Shown here piece after piece: positions 19,351 to 27,937 of a stretch of DNA of 64,000 bases (positions are counted from its first letter, which is position 1; the number at the start of each line of letters is the position of its first letter). The stretch covers positions 123,292 to 187,291 of the forward strand of contig CAVPHY010000017.1 of NCBI GenBank assembly GCA_963704855.1, in the 5' to 3' direction. The stretch is from an uncultured Gammaproteobacteria bacterium (GTDB taxonomy: Bacteria > Pseudomonadota > Gammaproteobacteria > Xanthomonadales > SZUA-36). Both the position numbers and the translations under genes were made by a program. The notes below the pieces were generated by a model. The model was not told the origin of the DNA. It was given only the letters and a program-made list of their open reading frames with translations, and searched no databases.

Positions 19351-20373
19351 ATGAGAATACTGTTTACCAGCTGCCTGTGTATCAAGATGGCCTTCGTTTG
19401 TCCATCGGCAGTGGCGGCTGATAAGGAACAGGAATCCTCATTCCGTATGGGTGGCCTGTTGTTCGGTGATTCGTATTTTATCCCCAGCCACCATCTCGAC
19501 ACGGGTGAGGATGCCGTTGGCCTGGTGCTTCGGCGCGGCTACCTGACTTTCAATGCGGACATGTCAGAAAAATCGTTCGGTCGCTTGCGTTTTGAGCTCA
19601 ACCAGTCCGGTGAATTTGAAACCTATACCTATCGGTCAGCCGTTAAGGACCTCTACCTTGGATGGAACCTCGGTCGGCACCAATTGATCGCCGGTCTGAC
19701 TTCCACGATCACCTATGACCTGGTTGAGTCGATCTGGGGCGCCCGCTACCTGGCACGTACACCGATGGATTTGCAGGGTGTCGCCAGCCGTGACACCGGC
19801 GTCTCATTGCGGGGCCCGCTGAATGCCACCGGCAGTGTCAGCTATCGCTTCATGCTGGGTTCCGGACTGGAGTTTGGCGCCGATTCATCAAACAGCGCCA
19901 AGTGGATGGCGGCACTGACGTGGAAACCCTCACCCGGCTGGACAGTGGACCTGTATACCGATTTTGAGGACCTGCACGGTCCGGATCACCGCCTGACATT
20001 GCAGGCCTTTGTTGCCTATCAAACAGAAACTTTTCGATGGGGGCTGCAATACTCGAACCAGGACCGTCAGGACAGCCCGCCCATCGAACTGGCCTCAGCC
20101 TTCGTGGTGAAAACCCTGGCTGCAAAAACAGAATTTATTGGCAGGATTGACCGGCTGTTTGAGCCCAGCCCCAGGGGAAACGACATCGCGTACCTGCCGA
20201 TGGATCCGTCGGCGCGGGCCACCCTGATTTTCACCGGCTTGAAGGTCCAAATGGGGCCGCACTGGTCGCTGACCCCCAATACGGTGTTCACACTTTACGA
20301 TCGCAATGACCAGGGGGTTCGCCCAAAAAAGGATGTATACCTGCGCCTGACGCTATTCGTTGATTTCGAGTAG
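19351..20373 (+). CDS. Putative outer-membrane beta-barrel protein / porin
   Basis: Signal peptide MRILFTSCLCIKMAFVCPSAVAA. Alternating amphipathic beta-strand pattern. LRRGYLTF.. resembles phosphate-porin-like families. The ORF-track start is 19333. Confidence 0.5.
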   Translation: MRILFTSCLCIKMAFVCPSAVAADKEQESSFRMGGLLFGDSYFIPSHHLDTGEDAVGLVLRRGYLTFNADMSEKSFGRLRFELNQSGEFETYTYRSAVKDLYLGWNLGRHQLIAGLTSTITYDLVESIWGARYLARTPMDLQGVASRDTGVSLRGPLNATGSVSYRFMLGSGLEFGADSSNSAKWMAALTWKPSPGWTVDLYTDFEDLHGPDHRLTLQAFVAYQTETFRWGLQYSNQDRQDSPPIELASAFVVKTLAAKTEFIGRIDRLFEPSPRGNDIAYLPMDPSARATLIFTGLKVQMGPHWSLTPNTVFTLYDRNDQGVRPKKDVYLRLTLFVDFE

Positions 20374-20407
20374 GTGCCGGTATAACACGAAGTTCTCACA
20401 GAGATCT

Positions 20408-21859
20408 TCAGCCACGTTCGGTAACACGCTGTTTGTCTTCGCGGACAAAGCTCCAGGCGAGGGTGGACAGCGCAAGGCTGGCGGCCGAAATTGCAAAAAT
20501 AATGCCCTTATCCGGAGCCCGGCTGATCATTAATGCAACACCCAGGCTGACCACGAGTTGTGGCAAAACAACTGAAAGATTGAACAGACCCATGTACAAA
20601 CCCATGCGTGCTTCGCTGACTTTCTGTGAAACAATCGCAAACGGCAGACTGACAATCGCCGCCCAGCCAATACCCAGCACCGCCATCAGCATATAAATTT
20701 GCAGCGGACTGCTTGCAGACAAATAAAGACCTGCATAACCGGCCGTCATAAACGCCATGCAAACAACATGGGTTTTGATACGGCCAATACGTTTAGCCAA
20801 GGGCATCAGAACAAGCGCTGGTAGCAATGCCCCCACGGCGTTTAGCACCAGGAAGCTCATCGAACCGACCCTCCCCATCTCGATATCTGATAACTGCGGC
20901 ATCTTTTGCTGCAAAAATGCGAACAGGAAAACAAAGGTTGTCTGAATGCCGACCCAGCTGAATGAGTGTGCTGCAATCACCTTGCGGAAGGCAGCGAGAC
21001 CGTCAGCTTTGCTTCCATTTTTCTCCAGAATTGCCTGGATGACAAGGATGGCGGTAATCACGCCACAGGCAATTTCAGCGTAATAATCAGCAGATTCGAC
21101 GCCCGCCAGCCTGCGCCCCATTGCATAGATGTCATAGGCCAGAAACCCCCACAACGGGCGGATTGCTATCAACATGTTGATCAGCGAATCCTCACTACCC
21201 CGACTCCCCGTTTCCAAGGCATTGTCACCGAGTGATTCACTCTTTATATCCTTGGGCTCGGTAATAAACAGCGTTGGAATTATCGAGAAAACCAGCACTA
21301 TGACCGCCCCTCCATAGATCAGTATGTAATTATTGAAAACAGCACCGATCGCATAGGCAAGCACACCAAATGTACCGGAGATGCTTTGCATCCAGGTGTA
21401 ACCCTTGGTCCGCTCGTCACCCGGGTCAGTGACATCCGCTATCAGGGAACGGGTAGGATTGAAACTGACGTTGATCGAAAGGTCGAGGGTCAGGGCCACG
21501 GCAATTGCCACCCCAAGAATACCGCCAACACCAAGACTGGCTGAAATAACATGCAAATTGGGAAGTGCCAACAAACTCAGCGAAGCAAGCACGCCACCGA
21601 TCAGGATGAAGGGTCGTCGCCGACCATTCCAGAACCAGACCTTGTCACTGATAATACCGATGATGACCTGCCCGAGAATACCGGCAAGGGGTCCGGCCGC
21701 CCAGACCAGGCCTACGTCATGAATATCAAGCTTGTATTGGGTAGTAAGAATCCAGCTCAGGGCAGAGATCTGAATCGACAACGCAAAACCCATCGCCGTT
21801 GAGGGCAGGCTGAGGAGTGCAAAAAATACATTGCTGCGATTTTTCTGAAAGGTACGCAT
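20408..21859 (-). CDS. MFS sugar:cation symporter (SLC45/GPH-like), paralogue 1
   Basis: 12-TM profile and the RxGRR-type motif WNGRRRPFILIGG. The likely start is MRTFQKNRSNVFFALL (21859) rather than the ORF-track start at 21946. Confidence 0.8.
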   Translation of the reverse strand: MRTFQKNRSNVFFALLSLPSTAMGFALSIQISALSWILTTQYKLDIHDVGLVWAAGPLAGILGQVIIGIISDKVWFWNGRRRPFILIGGVLASLSLLALPNLHVISASLGVGGILGVAIAVALTLDLSINVSFNPTRSLIADVTDPGDERTKGYTWMQSISGTFGVLAYAIGAVFNNYILIYGGAVIVLVFSIIPTLFITEPKDIKSESLGDNALETGSRGSEDSLINMLIAIRPLWGFLAYDIYAMGRRLAGVESADYYAEIACGVITAILVIQAILEKNGSKADGLAAFRKVIAAHSFSWVGIQTTFVFLFAFLQQKMPQLSDIEMGRVGSMSFLVLNAVGALLPALVLMPLAKRIGRIKTHVVCMAFMTAGYAGLYLSASSPLQIYMLMAVLGIGWAAIVSLPFAIVSQKVSEARMGLYMGLFNLSVVLPQLVVSLGVALMISRAPDKGIIFAISAASLALSTLAWSFVREDKQRVTERG

Positions 21860-21909
21860 GAAGATAAGACGATAACCGTTTTTCTCGGGGAGTGCGCGCT
21901 CTGCTTGAT

Positions 21910-21923
21910 TGAATACGAATACA
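21910..21923. promoter_or_regulatory. Degenerate copy of the candidate LacI-family operator, upstream of MFS paralogue 1
   Basis: tgaatacgaataca matches tgaatacgtttgca at 11 of 14 positions, with the left half identical. Confidence 0.35.
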
Positions 21924-21975
21924 GCAAGCACCGGACTATGAACCATTCGTTGACTGGCGGCGTTTCTGAATCAGG

Positions 21976-23028
21976 CTATTTCGGTGTGTTCAGTGCACGG
22001 CCTCCACAAGAACCTCTAATGACCAGTGACATGGGCAGCAAACACGACTCGACCTTTCCGCCATTGATCATGACAATGAGGTTTTCGACCAGCACTTTTG
22101 CAGCGATCCTTGTATCCTGGCGAACCGTGGTCAGGGACGGCCCGGAATAAGAGGCAGCCGGAATATCATCAAAACCCACAACTGAAACCTGCTGAGGCAT
22201 TGCAATGCCGGCCTTGCGCATACATTTCATGGCACCGATGGCGATAAGGTCACTGGCGGCGAAGACCGCATCGAAGGTCTCTCCGCTTTCCAGCAGTTTT
22301 GACATGGCATTGAATCCGGAGGTCTCATGGTTCTCCGCATCCAAATGAAGGTCCGAACGAAAGGGCATCCCGGTCGATTCGAGCGTCTTTCGAAAGCCGT
22401 TGTATCGTTGCTGAAACTCTGGCGCATCACTGCTGACCTCACCCAAAAAGGCAATTTGTTTCCGCCCCAGGCTCAACAGGTGCCGGGTCGCCATTTCACC
22501 ACCTTGCTCGTTCATGCTACCGACTGCATGCCCTTCCAACTCCGGTGTCGTGGCACCCCAGATGATGAAATGCGCGTCTTCGTCATGTAAACGCTTCAGC
22601 TTGTCGGAGATACTGCCGTAATCACCGTAACCCAACAGTATAATGCCATCGGCCCGGTTACTGGCCTGGTAGTCGGAGACCCAGTCATCACTTAAATGCT
22701 GAAATGAAACCAGCACATCGAACTTACTGGCGACGGCGCTCCGGGTGATGTTACCCAGCATGGAGAGAAAAAACGGGTTGATTTGCGAATCGTCAGATGT
22801 CGGGTCTTCAAACAGTAATAATGCAATGGTATTACTACGCTGCGAACGAAGACCGGCGGCACGGCGATCTACGTGGTAGTTCATTTCACGGGCAATTTTC
22901 TGCACGTGTATTCGTGTTTCGTGGTTAACCAAGGGGCTGTTGCGTAACGCCCTTGAAACCGTGGCCTGTGACACACCGGCCCGGTGCGCTATGTCAAATG
23001 AAGTTGTCTTACCTGAACCCATGACCAA
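21976..23028 (-). CDS. LacI family transcriptional regulator
   Basis: N-terminal HTH TSFDIAHRAGVSQATVSRALRN, followed by a periplasmic-binding-protein-like sugar-binding core. Confidence 0.9.
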   Translation of the reverse strand: MVMGSGKTTSFDIAHRAGVSQATVSRALRNSPLVNHETRIHVQKIAREMNYHVDRRAAGLRSQRSNTIALLLFEDPTSDDSQINPFFLSMLGNITRSAVASKFDVLVSFQHLSDDWVSDYQASNRADGIILLGYGDYGSISDKLKRLHDEDAHFIIWGATTPELEGHAVGSMNEQGGEMATRHLLSLGRKQIAFLGEVSSDAPEFQQRYNGFRKTLESTGMPFRSDLHLDAENHETSGFNAMSKLLESGETFDAVFAASDLIAIGAMKCMRKAGIAMPQQVSVVGFDDIPAASYSGPSLTTVRQDTRIAAKVLVENLIVMINGGKVESCLLPMSLVIRGSCGGRALNTPK

Positions 23029-23281
23029 TCAACATGGTTATCTATATCTCCGCTTATAGCAAATTAGATAATCCGAACTGCGGGAAAACTCAAAACAAAT
23101 AATATCAGGCTTTGCCACATATATTATCTTTTTTTAAACTTGCAGGGTGTTCCATGACCTTCAGAAACCTGCAAAAACCATGCATTTTCTTGTGCAATAC
23201 CCACTTTGAAGAAACCGCAAGACGCCAGATTCTCGCGGTTAAGTACTGATTTTTCTGCAGTCCCGGCAAATTCAATTGTAC

Positions 23282-23295
23282 TGAATACGTTTGCA
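23282..23295. promoter_or_regulatory. Candidate LacI-family operator upstream of the TBDR gene
   Basis: tgaatacgtttgca fits the generic LacI-family pattern TGnnAnCGnTnnCA apart from T at position 5. A 15-nt identical copy (ctgaatacgtttgca) occurs inverted at 29864-29878. Confidence 0.55.
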
Positions 23296-23392
23296 TAGTG
23301 TTGTTACATGTGGCTGCAAAAATGTAAGGTGTACGCTATTTTGTCAGAAATGTGTCAGGCACAATCAGAAATAATCGGAACCCATTACAATT

Positions 23393-26293
23393 ATGAAAAC
23401 GAGCAAATCAAGCAAAATCATTCGCCGCACAGAGCTCTCAGCCGCCATTTCACTGGTACTGGCGGCCAGCCCTGTCGCGTACGTATACGCCCAGGACGCT
23501 GAAGTTGACAGTGTCAACGATCAAAACGAAGAAATGGTGATGGAAGAAGTTGTCGTCACTGGCACGTTCCGTGCAAGTCTCATCAACCAGATTGAAACCA
23601 AGCGGGACAACACCTCCATCGTGGACGCAATTTCAGCAGAGGACATCGGTAAACTGCCCGATTCCAGTGTTGCCGAGTCTCTTGCACGTCTTCCCGGTGT
23701 ATCAGGTGAGCGTCGCAATGGCCGCGTGAGCGGTATATCCGTTCGTGGTTTCAAAGAAGACTACGTAGGCACCACGCTCAACGGACGTGAATTGTTGGGT
23801 ATGGGTGATAATCGTGGTGTGGAGTACGACCTTTATCCGTCAGAAATTGTCAGCGGTATGGTCGTTTACAAAACACCTGATGCGACACAAATGGTGCAGG
23901 GCATCGGTGGTATCGTCGATATCCGTACAAACCGTCCGCTGGACAGCAGCCGTTATTTCTCAATAAACGGAACCTACGAACAGAACGGCATGGATTCCGC
24001 CAATCCCGATTTCGATGACAATGGCCACCGCCTGGCCTTGAGTTTTTCCGATGTCTTTGCCGATGATACCCTGGGTTTTTCATTTGCAGCTGCAACCACA
24101 AAGTCTCCGAGCCAGGAAGAGCAGTTCCGCGGCTGGGGTTACCCGGGCGCCAATGTAAACAACGCCGGACCTGGTGTCAGCATGACCGGTGACGAGACCA
24201 TCCTTGGTGGTCACGACTCCTTTGTCCGTTCTGCAGAGCTTCAGCGCGATACAATTTCAGGTGTATTGCAGTGGGCGCCGAACGACGATGTAACCGTGAC
24301 CCTGGATGCCATTTATATCGATTTCCAGGAAGACAAAGTCTTTCGTGGCCTCGAAGAAGGTGGGGCTGAATGGGGTACAGGCGATTACACTGTAACCGGT
24401 GTTGAAAACGGCCTTGTAACCTCCGGCAACCTGGATGGCGGCTTCAAGTCTGTGATTCGCAACGATGGTGAACGCAAAGAAGCCAAGCTGAAGACCTTTG
24501 GCCTTAACCTCGAATGGAACCTGAATGATGACTGGACCATGGAATTCGACGGTGCCTACAGTGATGTTAAAAAGACTATCACCAACATCGAGAGTTACTC
24601 CGGTGTAGGTCGTGCCGGATTGGCCTCACAGGGCCCGGCCAGCGCGCGTTCGTGGATGATGACACCCACCGGTGTCATGTACAGCCCGCATCCGACGATC
24701 CCACCGGTTGATCTCACCGATTTCGACATGATCCGTCTCGCCGGCCCACAGGCCTGGGGTGGTGCAATGGCGCCGATCCAACAGTTTGCCGATGTAACAC
24801 TGCCTGACGGTTCGGTTATCGGACCACCGCAGGCACAGGATGGATTTGTCAATACGCCCGAATTTGATGAAGACCTGACAACTTTACGTCTCGATTTTGA
24901 CCGCGCTCTCGACTGGTCAATTTTCAGGGAAGTCACCTTCGGTGTGAATTACTCCGATCGTTCCAAGACCAAGGACAACCGCGGTTTTTACCTGACTTCA
25001 CCAACCTGGCCATATGATGGCGCGATTCCGGAAGAATACCGCGTGGGTATTGCTGACATGAGGTTCATCGGTATCGATGGTGTGGTCGCGTATGATGGCC
25101 TGGGGATGTTCCTGGATAACTACTACATTGCCTCCGATGCACAGCAGCTTGAAACCGCCCGTCTTGGCGACAGCTACACGGTCAAGGAAAAGCTGACAAC
25201 TTTTTATGCCAAGCTGGACTTTGATTACGAGGTAGGCCCAGGCATGTTCCTGGGTAATGTTGGTTTGCAGTACCTGGATGTAGACCAGAGCTCTACGGGT
25301 TATGGCACCTACACCGGCCCAGATCTTTACGTTCTCGCAACGCCTATTGAAGGTGGTGACGATTATGGCGAGTGGCTACCGAGCATGAACCTGACCTATG
25401 ATTTCGGTAATGGCCACCTCGTCAGAGCGGCAGCATCAAAAACTGTCAGCCGTCCGCGCATGGATGACATGCGGCCAAACCAGCAGGTGTCGTTTGGTTT
25501 CAACCTGTCCAGTATCAGCTCAACCGATCCGCGCAACAGCGCCTGGAGCGGCAGCGCGGGTAACCCGGAGTTACGTCCTCTGGAAGCCAACCAGTTTGAC
25601 CTGGCGTGGGACTGGTATTTTGCAGATGACGGTCTGTTCTCGGCGGCATTCTTCTACAAGGACCTGGTCAACTGGCACCGTGCCGGCCAGTTTGTGGCTG
25701 ATTTCAGCGAATTTTACATTCCCGGTTATCACCAGGTGGATGATGAGAACGGCGACCCGGTTACACCGGCGACCTTTGAGGGCCTGGTCAGCTATCGTGA
25801 AGATGGTCTGACAGGTGATGTAAAGGGCCTGGAGTTACAGACCATACTCCCGTTCCGCATCATGTGGGACAAACTTGAGGGACTCGGCCTGATCGCCACC
25901 GCCACATTTATTGATGGCGAGCTGGATGACGGTTCCGCTGTCCCGGGCTTGTCTGACGAGAACTACTCCCTGACCTTGTACTACGAAATCGGTGGTTTCG
26001 AAGCACGCGTTGGCTGGACCAAGCGCTCCGAATTCACAACCGAAACCCGTGGTTTGAGCCTTGCATTGACCCCGACTGTAGACCAGGGCGGAGAATTGCT
26101 AGATGCGCAGATCGGTTATGATTTTGGCCTGGCTGGGCATGATGGCTGGCTGGGTGGTCTGTCAATCGCCCTGCAGGGTCAGAACCTGACAAACGAAGAC
26201 ACCATCCAGACCAATGATGATCCTCGCGAGGTAACCCAGTACCAGAGTTTTGGTGCCAACTACCTGCTGACGGCTATTTATAAATTCTGGTAA
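23393..26293 (+). CDS. TonB-dependent receptor (maltodextrin/alpha-glucan type inferred from context)
   Basis: 966 aa. Signal peptide, plug region EEVVVTGTFRAS..DNTSIVDAISAEDIGKLPD, and C-terminal aromatic residue (..IYKFW). Confidence 0.9.
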   Translation: MKTSKSSKIIRRTELSAAISLVLAASPVAYVYAQDAEVDSVNDQNEEMVMEEVVVTGTFRASLINQIETKRDNTSIVDAISAEDIGKLPDSSVAESLARLPGVSGERRNGRVSGISVRGFKEDYVGTTLNGRELLGMGDNRGVEYDLYPSEIVSGMVVYKTPDATQMVQGIGGIVDIRTNRPLDSSRYFSINGTYEQNGMDSANPDFDDNGHRLALSFSDVFADDTLGFSFAAATTKSPSQEEQFRGWGYPGANVNNAGPGVSMTGDETILGGHDSFVRSAELQRDTISGVLQWAPNDDVTVTLDAIYIDFQEDKVFRGLEEGGAEWGTGDYTVTGVENGLVTSGNLDGGFKSVIRNDGERKEAKLKTFGLNLEWNLNDDWTMEFDGAYSDVKKTITNIESYSGVGRAGLASQGPASARSWMMTPTGVMYSPHPTIPPVDLTDFDMIRLAGPQAWGGAMAPIQQFADVTLPDGSVIGPPQAQDGFVNTPEFDEDLTTLRLDFDRALDWSIFREVTFGVNYSDRSKTKDNRGFYLTSPTWPYDGAIPEEYRVGIADMRFIGIDGVVAYDGLGMFLDNYYIASDAQQLETARLGDSYTVKEKLTTFYAKLDFDYEVGPGMFLGNVGLQYLDVDQSSTGYGTYTGPDLYVLATPIEGGDDYGEWLPSMNLTYDFGNGHLVRAAASKTVSRPRMDDMRPNQQVSFGFNLSSISSTDPRNSAWSGSAGNPELRPLEANQFDLAWDWYFADDGLFSAAFFYKDLVNWHRAGQFVADFSEFYIPGYHQVDDENGDPVTPATFEGLVSYREDGLTGDVKGLELQTILPFRIMWDKLEGLGLIATATFIDGELDDGSAVPGLSDENYSLTLYYEIGGFEARVGWTKRSEFTTETRGLSLALTPTVDQGGELLDAQIGYDFGLAGHDGWLGGLSIALQGQNLTNEDTIQTNDDPREVTQYQSFGANYLLTAIYKFW

Positions 26294-26312
26294 CAGCGTT
26301 TGGTTTCTACCT

Positions 26313-26386
26313 AAAGCCCTGCTGGTGTAGTGTAACTTCTGAAACATAGTTTCTAACCGTTACAATACACCAGCAGGGCTTTTTTT
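26313..26386 (+). terminator. Rho-independent terminator after the TBDR gene
   Basis: Perfect 17-bp stem aaagccctgctggtgta / tacaccagcagggcttt. Inner stems tgtaac/gttaca and gaaac/gtttc. Followed by a T7 run. Confidence 0.8.
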
Positions 26387-26403
26387 ATGAAAGGTAAAAA
26401 TTC

Positions 26404-27897
26404 ATGAGCACAAACATCAATAAAGTCGTGATCATCGGTGGTGGAACCGCCGGCTGGATGTCAGCAGCGCTGATCAAACGGGTGCTGGGTGATCGTACCG
26501 AAGTCGAATTGGTTGAGTCAGAAACGATTGGCATTGTCGGTGTAGGTGAGGCCACGATTCCGCCAATTCAGCATGTCAACAGCGTTCTTGGTCTTGATGA
26601 AGCCGAGTTTGTGCGTGAGACCAAGTCGACCATGAAACTGGCTATCCGTTTTGAGAACTGGCGGGTAAAAGGGGAGAAGTACTACCACACGTTTGGGGCG
26701 CCCGGTAAAAGCCAGGCATTTTGTCATTTTCATCATTTCTGGACACGCGCTCAGCAGGCTGGTTTCAAAACCAACCTGTGGGATTATGATCTGAATTACC
26801 TGTGCGCCGAGGCCGGCAAGTTTGTCAAATTGCAGGTTCAGGATAACATGTGGGACTTGCCCTATGCCTATCATTTTGATGCCTCCCTCTATGGCGCGTT
26901 CCTGCGCAAATATAGTGAAAAGCGTGGTGTAAAACGTACTGAGGGCCTGGTCGAACAGGTCAAAATCAATACCGAGAACGGTCATGTTGAATCGCTGGTT
27001 TTACAAAGCGGCAAGGTAGTTGAGGGTGATCTTTTTATCGACTGCTCGGGTATCCGGGGCTTGTTGATACACCAGAAACTTGGGACCGGATATGAAGACT
27101 GGGGTCACTGGCTGCCCTGTGACCGGGCCATGGCAGTGCCGTCAGAGCGCTTTGAGGAAACCGTACCTTATACGCGTTCTATCGCCCATTCGGCCGGCTG
27201 GCAATGGCGAATTCCACTGCAACACCGCAATGGCAATGGGCTGGTCTACAGCAGCAACCATTACAGCGATGATGAAGCCGCCGACATTCTTCTGAATAAC
27301 CTGGAATCAAAAGCCATCGCTGATCCCAAGATCATCCCGTTCAGACCAGGGCGTACCCGCAAGCAGTGGAACCGAAACGTCGTCGCGGTTGGACTTTCCA
27401 GCGGCTTCCTCGAGCCACTTGAATCGACCAGCATCTACCTGATCCAGTCGGCGATCGTGCGTTTGTTGCACCTGTTTCCACATGCCGGTGTGACACCTGA
27501 ACTGGTGGATGAATACAACCGGCAATCGAAACGGGAATACGAGTTGATCCGTGACTTTATCATCCTGCACTACTATCTCAACGAACGCGATGACAGCCAG
27601 TTCTGGCGTGACGCACGCAATATGGACGTGCCCGGGCGTCTGACGGAAAAAATTGCACTGTTCCGGGCCAATGGCAGCCTGGTACAGGACCAGTTGGATG
27701 TTTTCCTCGAGCCCTCGTGGTTGCAGGTGATGCTGGGGCAGGGCGTGATGCCACAGGATTATCATCCGATTGCCGGCAGCCTGAGTGATGCACAACTCAA
27801 GGATAAGCTGGTTAAAACGATGCAGCTCAAAAAGGAACCATTACCCAAGATTCCATCTCACGATGAGTTCCTGAAAATTTTTTGCAATAAAAGTTGA
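26404..27897 (+). CDS. Flavin-dependent tryptophan-halogenase family protein
   Basis: GxGxxG (IIGGGTAGWMSA). Conserved Lys context (TMKLAIRF). WxWxIP motif (GWQWRIPL). GFLEPLESTSI motif. Confidence 0.85.
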   Translation: MSTNINKVVIIGGGTAGWMSAALIKRVLGDRTEVELVESETIGIVGVGEATIPPIQHVNSVLGLDEAEFVRETKSTMKLAIRFENWRVKGEKYYHTFGAPGKSQAFCHFHHFWTRAQQAGFKTNLWDYDLNYLCAEAGKFVKLQVQDNMWDLPYAYHFDASLYGAFLRKYSEKRGVKRTEGLVEQVKINTENGHVESLVLQSGKVVEGDLFIDCSGIRGLLIHQKLGTGYEDWGHWLPCDRAMAVPSERFEETVPYTRSIAHSAGWQWRIPLQHRNGNGLVYSSNHYSDDEAADILLNNLESKAIADPKIIPFRPGRTRKQWNRNVVAVGLSSGFLEPLESTSIYLIQSAIVRLLHLFPHAGVTPELVDEYNRQSKREYELIRDFIILHYYLNERDDSQFWRDARNMDVPGRLTEKIALFRANGSLVQDQLDVFLEPSWLQVMLGQGVMPQDYHPIAGSLSDAQLKDKLVKTMQLKKEPLPKIPSHDEFLKIFCNKS

Positions 27898-27937
27898 GGC
27901 TTAGGCACGCGGGCAGACGAGCAATGCGCACTGCCTG

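Noticed and set aside
23029-23392. Small ORFs (63-64 aa) and a possible riboswitch or sRNA in the 364-bp LacI-TBDR intergenic region
   Set aside because: The ORFs have no RBS or features. Apart from the operator-like motif and a 7-bp inverted repeat (ttgcagg..cctgcaa), I could not see a conserved structured element. Most likely this is just an AT-rich promoter region.
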